Below the pieces are notes generated by a model, which made no database searches, was not told where the DNA came from, and was given only the letters and a program-made list of their open reading frames with translations. Below, piece by piece: positions 26,360 through 39,620 of a stretch of DNA of 64,000 nucleotides. Numbering within the stretch: position 1 is the first letter of the stretch; every line of letters starts with the position of its first letter. Position numbers and translations under genes: made by a program. Source of the stretch: Lama glama (lineage: Eukaryota); the NCBI GenBank assembly GCA_028534125.1, contig CM052816.1, positions 41,108,001 through 41,172,000 on the forward strand, written 5' to 3'.

Positions 26360-29089
26360 ATGGAAAGGCAAATTAGTGATTAAATTAAGGCATAGAAAAA
26401 TAAAAATAAAGGTACAATACTTGGCTAAATGAATTCATAAACATAGAAATCTGAACCTGATATATACAAATATAATTAGAAGAATGCTTTTTATGGGCAC
26501 ACATGTACCACTGATCTTTTAAAATTTAAATCTTGGAAGTTGTATCTTAGGAAATGACTACTCTACCTTTAATTGGTTGGAGAAAACTTTCTCGAAGCTG
26601 AGATATTAGCTGTTTAAATGACAGAAGGCAGGCAGTTTGGCAAGTTTAACAAGCAATGGTCCAGGAGGAAAGCAAGAAATTTGACTGATAATTGAAAGCA
26701 AACAACAAAAAGATTGGCAGAACCACAGACTTGGATAAAGAGATTTAAAGTAGAATCTCAGTCCAAATTTGTAGGACATTTGGAAAGTCACTATACAGTG
26801 CAAAGGAGGCAGGTGGCAAGGTTAAAGCAAGGGTCAAATTGATTTAAGAGCAGTTTCGAGAAGTTACTGGAGTCAGTCAGGACTGAAGTCTACGAGTGAA
26901 AAGATATAAAACCAGTCCAGGTGGAAGATGCTGGCTCTGAGGCTTGGCAGCTGACATGCTTGGTTAGAAGAATGATTAATAAAAGTCTACATGTTGCTAA
27001 AATGCTGATTGGAAAAATGTTTACAGTAGAATGAAAAAATGGATACTTGAAGACTGGTCTTTGGTCCTCTTTTGTGTTCATCTTTCATAGAGATTGACGA
27101 GAAAAGAAAACAAAGTCAGTTTAGATGAGTAAAGAAACTCCCTCCTTCCAGCCATCCACACAGAGTCTGTTGTTTCCAAACACACTTGGTAATAGGAATT
27201 ACCTGGCAGCAACAAGAAAAATCTTTCATTAAACAGAAGGTTTTTCAAAGACCATTCAGTCAAGCAAATGGCTACCTCATTAAGCAAACTGGGAAAGATT
27301 CCAAATGTTTACAAAATAACTGAATTCAAGACCTACAGGCACATCCCAACCTTTTTTTCATGGGCTCTCTTTTCAATTGCATTAAAGCAGCCCACCATTT
27401 TCCTAGGCAGCATTTTAGTGCAATTTTTTATTCCAGACAAAGCATGACTGACAGCGATAAAGAAATTCATGTATTAATTTTTGCTCACCAAAAACAAATA
27501 CATTTTATAAAAAAGACAAATTCAGATGCTCCATGCTTCCATTGAAACTAGGGTATGAATTCCAAGCCATTCATTTAAATGAGTTCACTTCATCCTTTGT
27601 TCAGCTATGTATGAAAGCTAAACCAGTCAGAGTGCAGATGAATAATTACCATGTCTATTCTAATTCTAAAAATCCCTTTAAATCCTTTTTGCAAGAAAAA
27701 TTATTTCAAAAAGCAACATTCTGTTTTTATTTAGTCTCAGGTCCTCTCACTTTAAAAAATTTATATATATTACCTGAACTTTGATTGAAAAAAAATACAG
27801 TGTTTAATATTTTTGCAAGAGTTATGTACACTAAAATAAGACCAGCCTTGAGAAGGTTTCTGCCTGAGATCCCCCTCCTCTCCACTTAAAACCAACTTTC
27901 TGTTTTCTGTACACATCCACCCTGAGGTTCTTATTGATCTCCAATTTCCTCTTTGCTTTTGGATGCTAATAATCAGAACCCCTGATCTCATGCTTCAAAT
28001 GGTTCATATGTACCCTTGGCTTTAATTCTTCAGAACTTCTCTCAAAAGGCACCTTAGTTCTAGGATTGATTTATTTGTTATGATTGGCTGTTTATCTTAT
28101 CACCCCTCTATGAAAATGTATTTAAATCAGAACAGGGACCTTCTGTTGATAGTATCTTAGTTCAAAGAAATAATTCTGACTGTGGGAATGAACAGCCAAG
28201 CACTACAGCGGCCACTCTGCAGATACTCTAAACAAAACACAGGCATCTGCCTTTTTCAGCTTTGCACCAGACTGACTGCCTTGGTCTAGAAAATAAATGT
28301 ACATGGGTAGCAAATCTTACAAGAGCAAACCATGAGCGCTAAGTCACAGGAGTCGTTCATCATGGCATTAGGTAATTCTTGAGCCTTAGGATGATTGATG
28401 TGTTTAATTTAAACCGGCCTGGGTGCATACAATGTGTCCCTGAAGTGGTAATAGGGTGAGTGGGAGAGATGCAGGAGGAGATTTTAATGGAAAGCAGTTT
28501 TCTCTTTCAAACTTTCCCGAATGTCTTTCAACAACAACAATTTTTTAAGTGTTTTAATTACTGCCATATTATATGATTCTACCCTGTTCTCTGGGTTTCT
28601 CCTAAGGTATCAGTGAGGTAAAAGCTGTCTTAAGTCCCATTGCACAAGACGTTTTTGTTTTTTTTTTTAAATAATAAAGCCTTTCGCAGAAAACTCTTTT
28701 CAGTTCATTATGACAATGTAGCCTGGAGTCACAGAGATCAGTTAAAATCACCTTTATGGTGTATTAAAAGATGTTAGTTGAGGTAATGGTGTTCATATTG
28801 GTGGGCTGACTTTTAGTCATTCTGTTTAAGAGAAAATACAGAGGAATTACTGAATTGGAGGTACATGTTACAAAAACAAAACCTATTCTATTGTATGACT
28901 TTCTGGCCTTCGTTGCTAACAAAAAAAAGCTTTTCTCTATTTGTGATGTAGTATTCCCTATACTGGGTAATAGAATATGACTGTTTTAGAGTTGTTAAAC
29001 CCCAGTTTTAAAATTCGGTGCATGTATGAAATACCTAAGTAGTTCTGGTTAAAGAAGTGCTTTGAAATGGTCTGATTTAACTGATCAGT

Positions 29090-29690
29090 TCTTCATGTTT
29101 TGAACATTTACCCTTCTGTGGGCCAAACTCTAGTTTCTAAGAGTAAGACAGTGAGCTCCTTTGGACTTTACCATTTTGATAAGCAAAAAAAAAAAAAAAA
29201 AAAAAAAAGTTTAATAGCCAAAATTCTCACAAATAAAAATGTAATTATAATGTATATTTAGTGCCATGAAGGAAAACTAGAAGGTGCTTTGAGAGCATGT
29301 CACAAGAGATCCTAATGCAGTCCGGAAGATCAGGAAAGACCTTGCTGAGGAAGCATTCTCTGAGCAAGTTCCAAAAGATACTTGGCAGATACATGGTGAG
29401 TTAAAAATTAGGAGAACACTATGGAAAGAGACCCAGATGGGAAGTGTGGCAGGGAAAGAAGATGCCAGGGATGGGAGAGAAGGAGGCTAGATAGAGAATT
29501 GTGAAACATGAGGATGAAAATACAGGCAGAAAGCAAATCACAGAGAAACTATCACATCATGCTAGAGAGCTTGTTTTTCATCCTAAAGGCACTGGAAAAT
29601 GATTAAAATGTTTTAATTGCGACATCACATGAGCACCTATCCTTGTTAACACCATCCTGCCTCTAGAAAGGAGAGTAGACAAAGATTGTG
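29090..29690 (-). mobile_element. L2 relic containing a long poly(A) run at ~29185-29208
   Basis: ttttgaacatttacc...tagtgccatgaaggaaaa...ggaagatcaggaaagaccttgctgaggaag...tttttcatcctaaaggcactggaaaatgattaaaatgttttaa. Confidence 0.65.
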
Positions 29691-29873
29691 AGCTGCATTT
29701 TCTCTTGGGGGATAACCATTTTGAAGTCCAGAGTTCCCAGTCTTAAAAATGGACCAGAGGCTCTCTAACACACTAAACAATAATGTAACCATCATACCAT
29801 AACTGTTTCTGTAGAAATTACTTTTATCAGAATCCTGGGAAATTTGTCTCTTTCCTAAATCCTATGTTTCCTC

Positions 29874-30180
29874 ATTTTTTTCCAGGTTCACCGAGATATA
29901 ATTGACATGCAACATTGTATTAGTTTTAGATGTAGAACATAATGATTCAGTAAACACATATATTACAAAATGGTTTTTTTAACAGTAAGTTTAGTTAACA
30001 CCCAACACTTTACATAGTTACAATTTTTCCTTGGGGCGAGAACTTCTAGCATCCACTTTCTTAGCAACTTTCAAATAGAGTATTGTTAATTACAGTCACC
30101 ATGCTATACATTACATCACCCATGCCCAGAACTTATTTATCCTATAACTAAGTTTGTACTTTTTGACCTTTTGCACCTAA
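29874..30180 (-). mobile_element. L1MA9-like 3' end (antisense)
   Basis: gagatataattgacatgcaacattgtattagtttt...ttagcaactttcaaat...gtcaccatgctatacattacatc...ccagaacttatttatcctataact. Confidence 0.85.
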
Positions 30181-30199
30181 TTTCTTCATTTACCTTATT

Positions 30200-30960
30200 G
30201 TTTGGGTAGAACATTTCATCCAGTATTTTCCTGAAGAAAGAGTATTTGGTAGATATATTTTTTAAATATTATATGTCTGAAAATAGGCTTGTTCTATCCT
30301 TATATTTGACTGATAGGCTATCAGAACCACGGAGGCATTGCCTCACTGTCTTTGAATGTCCCATACAGCTGTCAATACATCTCATGCAGTGCTAAGTTTT
30401 CTTTCCTATGAGATTTTTTTTTTTTACCCACATGGAACATCTAAGAATCTTTTTGTCACCACAAGTATTTTGAAATTTCTTATTAATGAATCTCGGTGAA
30501 AGTCTTCTTTTGTCCATCATGCTGGACACTTGGCTCCTGCGATATGGAACACTATGCCCTTAGTTCTGGCTAATATGTCTATACCTTGTTTAACTACCAC
30601 TCTATTCTCTTTCTTTGACATCTTTATACAGATTGAAATCTTTGAACTAATTGTCTATATATTTTTCTTTCTCTCTTTTTGTTCTATTTCCTTGGAGATT
30701 TCTTTAACTTCATATTCCAAACTTTACTTTGATTTTATATGCTTTTTTTTTTTTTTTTTTACTTTTCAAGATTGCTATCGGGTGACATTAATTACATGGT
30801 TAATTTGTTGCTGTTGTTTTCTTCTGCATTTACACTGTCTGTTCTTCCAGGTTATTTTTGTTTCTCTCTCTCTCTCTGTATCTTTTATTGTTTAAGCTTC
30901 TTCTGATTATTGGGTGATCCTTGGCTATGCATTAATGGTTAAGGATGAGTTTGACTGTGA
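30200..30960 (-). mobile_element. Old L1ME/HAL1-like ORF1-region fragment
   Basis: atatgtctgaaaatagg...cattgcctcactgtcttt...ttttgaaatttcttattaatg...gtccatcatgctggacactt. Confidence 0.5.
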
Positions 30961-31169
30961 GCTCTCTGTGGCTGACGTACGACTAGAGGAATGGGCTTCA
31001 GTGTAGGGTCGTTGGGCAGGGAGTGTCCTGTTCTGTGTACTCTGAAATGTAAACTATCTTCAGCTGTCTTAATTTTGTTAATTTGGTCGCTATTTTTTTA
31101 ATCTTCTTTCCCATGTCCAAACACTATTGATATTGCTCCTCTAGATTAATCTTCTCTATTGTTTTTTTA

Positions 31170-31400
31170 AATTAACAGCACTTACTCTGAGCCAGACATT
31201 TTTTAAAGTACTTTACATATATTAAATTGTATTGTACTTGAAACAATCCAATGGGACAGGCATCTTATCGATGAAGAAACTGATACCAAGAAAAGGTTAA
31301 GTAAATTGCCAAACGTCACAAAGCTAGTAAATGAAAACGTGAGATTAAAATCCAGGTTGGTTGGCTCTGGAATCCAGAGCCAGTTCTAGTCACTGCTCTA
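31170..31400 (-). mobile_element. MIR relic
   Basis: gatgaagaaactgatacc...ggttaagtaaattgccaaacgtcacaaagctagtaaatg...aatccaggttggttggctct. Confidence 0.75.
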
Positions 31401-32989
31401 ACAGACTCTCAGTGTACATGATCTAGCTACTCTCAAATTGCTAATAGGTACCCTTTCCCCACATTTATAAACACCAAAAAAGGGGCAAGCTCCTTCTGTA
31501 AGTTACTCTTAACCTTATGAGTTTTTATTCAGTAATCCCTTTATTGTTCCATTTCATCATGTTTCATCAGAAATCTTGATAGTTCTTTAAATGAGAATAT
31601 TTTAAAGATAGGCCATACTCTCATTTAAAAATCTGGTGGTGTTGCATATGGTTATCACTTAACATGTCAGATCACATCCAAAGTAATGAGAAATACTTGA
31701 CTGCAAACTAATTCATCTGTTTCTGACCCTAAAACTTTCTTTGCTCTCAACCTCAACATGAACCCGAAGTATTAACTGCCTGTTAAATGAGGTAGTGTAT
31801 TACCATCATGCATACAATAAAAAAAGGGACATAAAAAATGCCAATAAATTCTGTACTGACCAGACACATCTGTTCTTAGCTCTCTATTTACAGGTGCTAA
31901 AGTAATCAGGATAGAAAAAAAGATTGGAAACAGGTCAAATTTGAAATTTGGAATGTTCTAGTCTCAAGGGCAAAGCAGTGGTAGTTGAGATGGTAGAGCT
32001 GACTGGGGAGAAACCACTAAAGCCTGGAGAAAAGTGAGTGTTGCTGGGCAGCTTCCTCCTTCCCCTATCAATGCTTCGGCCTCTGTCTCCCCACATGGAG
32101 GACAGCCAAGTCCCTCTACTCAGAGCCCTCCTGGGGCAGGGACTTGAGGGAGAACACGGCTCCTCCCAGGATTTTCTGAAGGGATCACAGCAGATGTTGT
32201 TATTTTCATAACAGATCCAATATTAGTATGAATACCAGACCAGAATGTATTCGAAAAGCACACAAAATGGTTTTGAAGAAAACGTCTTGCCAATAAGTTT
32301 AGCATAAATTACATAATCTACTGACTTATTCCACACCCAAATCTAAAGACATTTGTATTGCATCATCACACAAATAGATGCAACTTAAAAATTTCCAAAA
32401 GTCATCAAGTGGGATTTTGTCTGAGATTGTGTTAAAGTCATGGGGAGCATGAAAAGATTTACAACCTTGAGACGTCTCATCCAGGAACTTGAGCACTAAA
32501 AGATATGAACTGGCATGACATGGTTTCTGTACATTGTCTTTCTGAAAAATTATTTCATCAACTAAAGCCTAATAGAGCACGGCAATGGCTTAGAACAGTC
32601 TGGGAGGAAGTGCATTTGGATAGATAGTGAAGGAGTAATAGAAATGGATGTATTAAAGGGAGATGATCCTCTGCCATCTGGCAAATAGAAGAATTAAAAT
32701 CATATAGATCAGTAAACAGCCATAAATCTCAATTTCTTGAGACTATATTTAGGTTTTGCCTGGAGAAATTGAGTATTATTTTTAAGAAGCAGATTTCAGA
32801 TATCTTGATATAACTCGAAAGAAACACTGTTAATCAAAATTGGTATTCTTAAAAATGTGGAAGTTTCCTTCATATGCAACTTTTCAATATTTCACATAGC
32901 ATATATTATTATGAAACTTTTTGAAGTTAATAGAACAAACTTCTGCTACAAAGAAAGTACCCAACTTCATAGTATTTTGCAATATTTCC

Positions 32990-34200
32990 ATCAATTTTTT
33001 AGAATTATAATGTTGCAGGTAGAAGTGAAGTACATAATATTCCTTAATCCACTTCTCTTTTTCTACCCCTCTCCCTCTCCATCCAAGAATTAACCATTAA
33101 TATAATTCAGTATTTATTACTTTCATGCATATTTTATAACTACTTTCTGTTGAATGTTTTTATACTTTATAGAAAATATATTCTTCTATATATTTTTTAT
33201 TCAACAAAGCAAGTATTGTCCAAATTGATTTATTAGTTCTAGTCTAATTATTTCTATCACTGTTCAGTTCTGTTGACTGAATGTAGCAAAATCTATTGAT
33301 GCTTGGTCAGATTGGTAGATATTTCTATTATTTTAATGTATTCATTACTACAAGCAATACTGTAATGAGCATTCTTACATATGCCTTTTTATATACATGG
33401 ATGTAAATTCTCCAGGGCAGGGTTTCTCCACCTTGGCATGGTTGTCATCTTGGGTGGATAATTCCTTATTGTTGGAGTCAGGAAGGACCAACTATCCTGT
33501 GCATTATAGGATACTGAGTAGCATCCCTGGTCTCCACCCACTAGAAGCCAACAGTAGTCTCTATTTTATGATTAACAAAAATGTCTCCAGATATTGCCAC
33601 ATGTCCCCTGGGAGACAGAATCATCCCTGGATAAAAACACTGCTCTAAAGGGTACATATTTAAGTCTAACTGCTTTTTTAGAGGCTACACATAACTTCAC
33701 CTTACTAAACGTTTTCCAATTGCCCTAAAAAATAATTGTAGCAATTTTATTTGCAGCCAGCAGATGATCCATGTCTAGTTTTTTCTTTATTATGAAGTAA
33801 TTCTAGCATACAAATACTAGGTAAATGCAGATGTAATATGTCAATAACAATAATCAATTAACACCCTGTGTTCTCAACTTGGTTTAAGAAATAGAACATC
33901 ATAATATATTAGAAGCCCCATGTCCCTATTCTGAAGCTACTCTTCTTCCTCACTGCTCTTTACTGCAGAGATAACCACTATCTTGATTTTTTTATGCATT
34001 ATTCCTTTTCTTTTCATACCACAGATAAGCCCATATCTGCGTATGATTTTGTTTTTTATGTTTCATATACTTTTCAGTTTTATGCATATGAAACTGTATT
34101 TCTGTAACTTGGTGATTTTGTTTACTCAAACTCATGACTTTTGCTCATCACTTTAATTTTGAATTTTATCAATCCTCATGCAGGTAACTGTGATCTATTC
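32990..34200 (-). mobile_element. Old L1ME-like 3' fragments (host of MER20)
   Basis: ttactacaagcaatactgtaatgagcattcttacatatgcc continues after MER20 as ggtacatatttaagtctaactgct. A second fragment has aagaaatagaacat...agagataaccactatcttga. Confidence 0.55.
33418..33642. mobile_element. MER20 hAT-Charlie DNA transposon
   Basis: cagggtttctccaccttggca...tcctgtgcattataggat...agcatccctggtctccacccactaga...aaaaatgtctccagatattgccacatgtcccctggg...aacactg. Degenerate 8-bp TSD ctccaggg/ctctaaag. Confidence 0.9.
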
Positions 34201-36069
34201 ATAGGTAAAATATACAATTACAAGTCTTTTGTATATGGCCTCCAAAATATTAATAAAATCAAAATTCAACCTGTCATATGATATCATGTACATAGAAATC
34301 TACAACTGCTAAACCAAGGCTCCAGATAAGAATAAAACAGAACGGACAACAGGACAAAATGGTCTTAAGTGATCCCTTAGTCAAATCCTGACATTTTACA
34401 GATTAAGTCATTGAGACCCAAAGCAATTAAATGACCAGATATGTTTATAAACCGTATCAATTTAGTTGCATAATTCAAGACTAGAATTTCCCAATTTCCA
34501 ATCATGGTTCTTTCCAATAATCAAATTGGCTCTGCTGTAATCACCTCAGGGTAAAAACTGTCTTTTACATCTTCCGTCCCTATCTCATTGACATAGTATA
34601 CAGGATCATGTTTTATACAGAGTGAAAATCAAGTATTTCAACGTATTTGGAGTTATGCCTCATTCAAGTGTGTATGACTAATTTTAGCTGGCAAAACAAC
34701 TTAATCATAGTTGATTATTCAAAGAAAATTGAAGGGAAATTTCATTTTCATTTTTAGTCAAAAATGCATTTTCACTTATCATCTGTGGGAATGTCTGACC
34801 CAAATTTATGCTCCTCCTTGAATGTCACAAGTATATTCTTCACATAGCAGCACCTTTACAGACAGTAGATACAAGGGTGCCAAGAGGCAAATGGCTCTCT
34901 CAGGAGACCAATTGTAAAGACAGGCTACCTTTAAAAGACAAAGTGTAAAGGAGGAAAGAAAACCAGTACACTTATTATCTCTCGGAAGTAAAAGAAAATA
35001 ACTTGGTAATGCTAGTCTAACAAGGTCTTAGCCTGAGCACTTCGCTAGCTGGGTCCCAACCAACTAAGGAACAGATACAAACTGTTAATTACATGCATAA
35101 CTGATATGAACGCTATAAACCTGGCATTTTAAAAGTGTACTTCCCACTCCTTTGAAAAGCACACGCAAATGAAAAGAGATATGAGACTTCTCGTTGAGCT
35201 AAATAAAGTTAGATAAGAGTTATATGACTCATTTAACGTATTTAGGAAAATGACATGATAGAATGCATTTCTAATCTGTATGACACAAAAGGAAATTGAA
35301 CTATTTGGGGTCATGTTCAGTGGTTTCCTCATTCATGGCAGAGGAAAACTGTCTCATTAATCTGTAGCCTACAATTAACTTCTCAATCAAGCTATGACCA
35401 GGAACAGACAGCAAGGTATCCCTTCAGTTGTGGTGCACCTGCTACCACTCAAGGGATCTCAAAGGAAAAAGGATGGCCTTGGTTGACAGGATAGCATGCA
35501 CTTCAAGACTTATGATATGGCAATAAACCGTAATTAAGCACATTGCTGTCTCAACATCTTTGTACAGCTCTACTCGGAGTCAGATTCTCAGTTTCATGGC
35601 TCTTCTCTTCCTTTCTCTTTCTATTGAAAAAATATATAGTTTCTACATCACTCAATGAACTTATTTCCTTCTATGTGTCTGGCACTGTGCTAGACATCAC
35701 TAGACACCAGGGATAGGTCACAAACAAAGCAGATATACTCCTGACGTTAAACAGACATGAAATGAATACTACACAGCTTTATGTGCCCATGGCGGGGACC
35801 AAGCTATGTTATCTTTGAAAAAAAATAAATTTAGAAAAAGTAAGATGAAACTGAACCGATACATTTGGTATTTTCGTCAGACTATGTCTTATTCACCCAT
35901 AAGATCAAGAGAAATAAATGAGTTAAATATCAGTCTCCAGAGCACAAGGAAATTTGATTCAATTTGAAGGTAAGAACAGGGATTTTGTTTTGTTTACCAT
36001 TGTATACCCAATGCACAGCACAGAACTTGGTACACTGTAGATGTTAAAAGAAAAACTATGTTGAAAGGA

Positions 36070-39000
36070 GCACTTCCAGAATGATGGAGTAAGGACCTCC
36101 AAAAATCAGCTCTATAAAAGCAATGAGAAAACTGGCACCCACACACACACAAAAGAGTCAAAGTTGACTTTTTCAGAACTATGGCAATTAATCAACAATC
36201 CCAGGAGTGCTTACTCTAGAAAAATGCCTGAAGCTGCCAGAAAAATGCCAGAATATGTTCTGTAGAGTTGTAAATTGTACTGTTGCCTTCCCTCTTTCCT
36301 CAGCTTCACAGATCCTCAAAAAGCAGTAGCAGCCTTGGAATCACAGCAGGTATGAAAAATAGAATTCTAGAAGTGAATGGAGCAGAGAGAGAGAGGGTTG
36401 AAGTTTCTTGCCCCCCAAAATCCCATCCACAGATAATTGTCATTTTTAACCTGGCAGGAAACTTTTTGGAAAAGCTCTATTCACAGAGCTTGTCTTCATT
36501 TGACCTGACTCGGGGCTTACTCAGTGAGAAAAGTCCAATCTCAAGACACTTGTAGAAAATAATAGCAATCATTTCATACCACAGCTACTGAGGCAGAAAT
36601 ACCAGTTGGGGCAAACCAGAGCCTGGCAAACAAAACAAAAAACCCAAAACCGTCCCACAACCTAGAATTAATTAGGAAATGAGATGTCCAAGCTTTGAAA
36701 AGTTTTAACATTTCTTTGGGAATATAGAAGGCCACGTGCATGTGCAAGGCAGCATACATGCACAGGAAAGATCTGAAAAGGCTATAATCTCTGATCACTG
36801 GCAAACACTGAAAGTCTGTGCAAGCAGAAATTCCAAGCTAAGGCAGAGTTGACCAGCACACAGTTTCCTGATCTTCCACAACTTTGACAGATGGTACTGG
36901 CTCAGGCTTCACCTCACAGCTGATAGAGCAGCTTTGTGTTGACTATGGCAAGAAATGCAAGTTGAAGTTTGCTATCCATCCAGCCACCCCAATTGTCCAC
37001 AGCAGTTGTAGAACTGTATAACTCCATCTTGGCCAACCACACTGCCCCAGAGCATTTGATTGTGACTTCATGGAAGACAAGGAAGCATCTATGATCTCCA
37101 CCACTGCAACCTGGACACTGAGCATCCTACCTACTTGAACTTCAACCAGCTCACTGGCCAGATTGTGTCCTGTATCACTGCCTCCCTGCATTTTGATGAT
37201 GCCCTCAATGTGGACCTCGAGAAGTTCCAGACCAATTTGGTGCCTGGCTCCCATATCCACATTCCCACAGTGACCTACATATCCATCATCTCAGTTAAGA
37301 ATGCCAGCCACAAGCAGCTCTCAGTGCCATTAAAACATATACCAGCACACCCATGAAGCCTCTCAGCGAAGGCTGAGAGACCTACCGGTTCAATCCATTT
37401 AAGTAAACCTCTGTCCAATCACAGCGAACACAAAAGTTAACTTAGCAGAGACTGTGGTGTCCACACATGACAAAGGAAACAAACTTTAGGAAATTAGTCC
37501 CAGGAATTTATTAAACAAAGTGCAACAATAACAAGCGGCAGCAATGAGGAAATCTTGGAGTTAGGTTATTTTAAATGTTCAGTTTTCAACAACAACAAAA
37601 TTACAAGACAAGCAAAGAAACAGGAAAATGTAGCTCATACATAGGGAAAACAGCAGTCAATAGAAACTGTCTGAGGAAGCCCAGATGCAGACATGTTAGA
37701 CAGAAGACTGTAAATCAGCTATAAATATTCAAAATAACATATATTCCAAATACTTTCAAAAACTAATGGGAAAATGTATCAAGAATTAAAGAAAAGCATG
37801 AGAACAATATCATAAAATAGTATCAGTTAAGAGGTAGGGAGTATATAAAAACAAAATAGACATTCTGGAGACAAAAAGTACAATTAATATAATAAAAAAA
37901 TTACTAGAGAAGCTTAAGTTGCAGAAAAAAGAATCAATGAACTTAAAAATAGGTCAAGTGAGATTATTCAGTCTAAGGAATGAAAAGAAAAAAGAATGAA
38001 GAAAAATTATCAAAGCCTGAGACACTAGTGGTAAACCATCCAGCACACTAACGGTACGCATGATGGGAATTCCAGACTGAAAGAGGAAGAAGAAAGGAAC
38101 AGAAAGAATTATTGAAGAAATAGTGGCCCAAATTTCCCAAATACAATTCAAATTAATCTACACATTCAAGATGCTTAATGAACTTCAATTAAGATACCCT
38201 CAGAGAGATCCAAACCTAGGTACATGATAAAGCATTAAAAGACAAAACCAAAAAGGAGACTTTTGGAAGCACCAAGAGAAATGTGATCCACACGTAAAAA
38301 GGATCCTCAATAGTAGTAGAACCTGTTTAAAGACACAATATAGCTTGAAAGTGAAAGGATAAAAAAAAAGATATTCCCTGCAAACAGGAAGCAAAAGAGA
38401 GCTGGATATTAATATGGTGCAAAATGGACTTGAACGCAACAACAACAAAAAATTTATAATGATAGAAGTTCCATCAGGAATATAGTTACAAATATTTATT
38501 TTTATCTGTTTCTAAAATATAGCATTCTTTGAATAACAGAATCCCAAAATACATGAAGCAAAATCTGACAAATTTGAAGGAAGAAACAGAATAATAGAGG
38601 CTTCAAAATCCTACTTACAATAATAAAAAGAACTAGACAGAAGATCAACATGGATATAAACACTTGAACAACATTAAGAACCAGTCAGGCCTGCTGACAG
38701 ACACCTAAAGAACATGCCACCTAAAAAAATAAAACAAAACAAAAAACCAACCAGAATACACATTATTCTCCAGTGCGCATGGAATATCTTCTAGAACAAG
38801 TCATGAAGCAAACCTTAATTGAAAAGGTTTAAATCATAAACAGTATATTCTCCAAACCACAACATAATTAAAATAAAATCAGTAACAGAAGAAATTTGAG
38901 AAATTTCATGAATGTATGGAAATTAAATAATGCATTACCCAAAAACCCAGTGGGTCAAAGAATAATCACAGAAGAAATTAGAAAATACTTTGAGATTAAT

Positions 39001-39620
39001 TAAAATGAAAATACAATATATAAAAACCTATTGTATGCAGCTAAATCAATGCTTCCATTTATAACTATAAATGCCTATTAAAAAAAAAATCTCAAATCAT
39101 TGGCCTAAACGTCCATGTTAGAAAACTAAACAATAAAAGGGAAAATCAAGCCCAAAGAAGAAAGGAAATAAATGAGGTTAAAACAGAAATAAATGAAACT
39201 AAGAAATAGGAAAGTCAGTGGAGATCATCAATGAAACTGAAAGTTAACCACCCTATCTGACGTCAAAACTTACAGCAAAGCTATAGTAATCAAGACAGTG
39301 TAGAATTGACGTATGAATAGATACACAGACCAATGGGATAGAACTGAGAGTCCAGAAGCGTTACATTTATGGTCAACTGATTTTCTTCAAGGCTGCCAAA
39401 TCAAATAAGTAGAAGAAAGCAGAGTCTTTTTGACAAATGGTGTTGGGACAAAGAAATATTCACATGTGAAAGAAGGAAGGTGCATCCTTACTTCACACCA
39501 TATACAGACATGAACTAAAAATGGTTCATAGGCCTAAATATAGGAGCTAGAACTATCTAATTCCTAGGGGGAAAAAAAACAAAAAACACAGAAGTAAGTC
39601 TTTGTGACTGTGGGTAATCT
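36070..39620 (+). mobile_element. Old L1 (L1M4-like): 5'UTR, ORF1 remnant, ORF2 endonuclease region and ORF2 3' piece, with large internal deletions
   Basis: 5' end acttccagaatgatggagtaaggacctcc...ctttttcagaact. ORF1-like aatcaatgaacttaaaaataggtcaagtgagattattcagtctaaggaa (~37930). ORF2 gaaattagaaaatactttgag (~38975), then a jump to aaacttacagcaaagctatagtaatcaagacagtg (~39266). Confidence 0.9.
36848..37328 (+). pseudogene. Alpha-tubulin pseudogene fragment (approx. residues 126-289), frameshifted
   Basis: Translates across frameshifts to [28 protein letters not shown]...STAVVE.YNSIL, and ORF 37135-37356 gives [40 protein letters not shown]...A.H.QLSV. This matches alpha-tubulin; the parent paralog is not determined. 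Confidence 0.95.

Noticed and set aside
27197..27240. Additional minus-strand CAG|GTAAT motifs after pyrimidine tracts (also ~27770)
   Set aside because: The donors are weaker and competing upstream AGs are present. Their frequency shows such motifs arise by chance here.
30530..30895. Hydrophobic 121-aa ORF resembling a membrane protein (likewise 50226-50516)
   Set aside because: It arises from T-rich antisense L1 or poly(T) tracts, which encode Phe/Leu runs.
36943..37260. 105-aa minus-strand ORF
   Set aside because: It is the antisense shadow of the tubulin pseudogene fragment.
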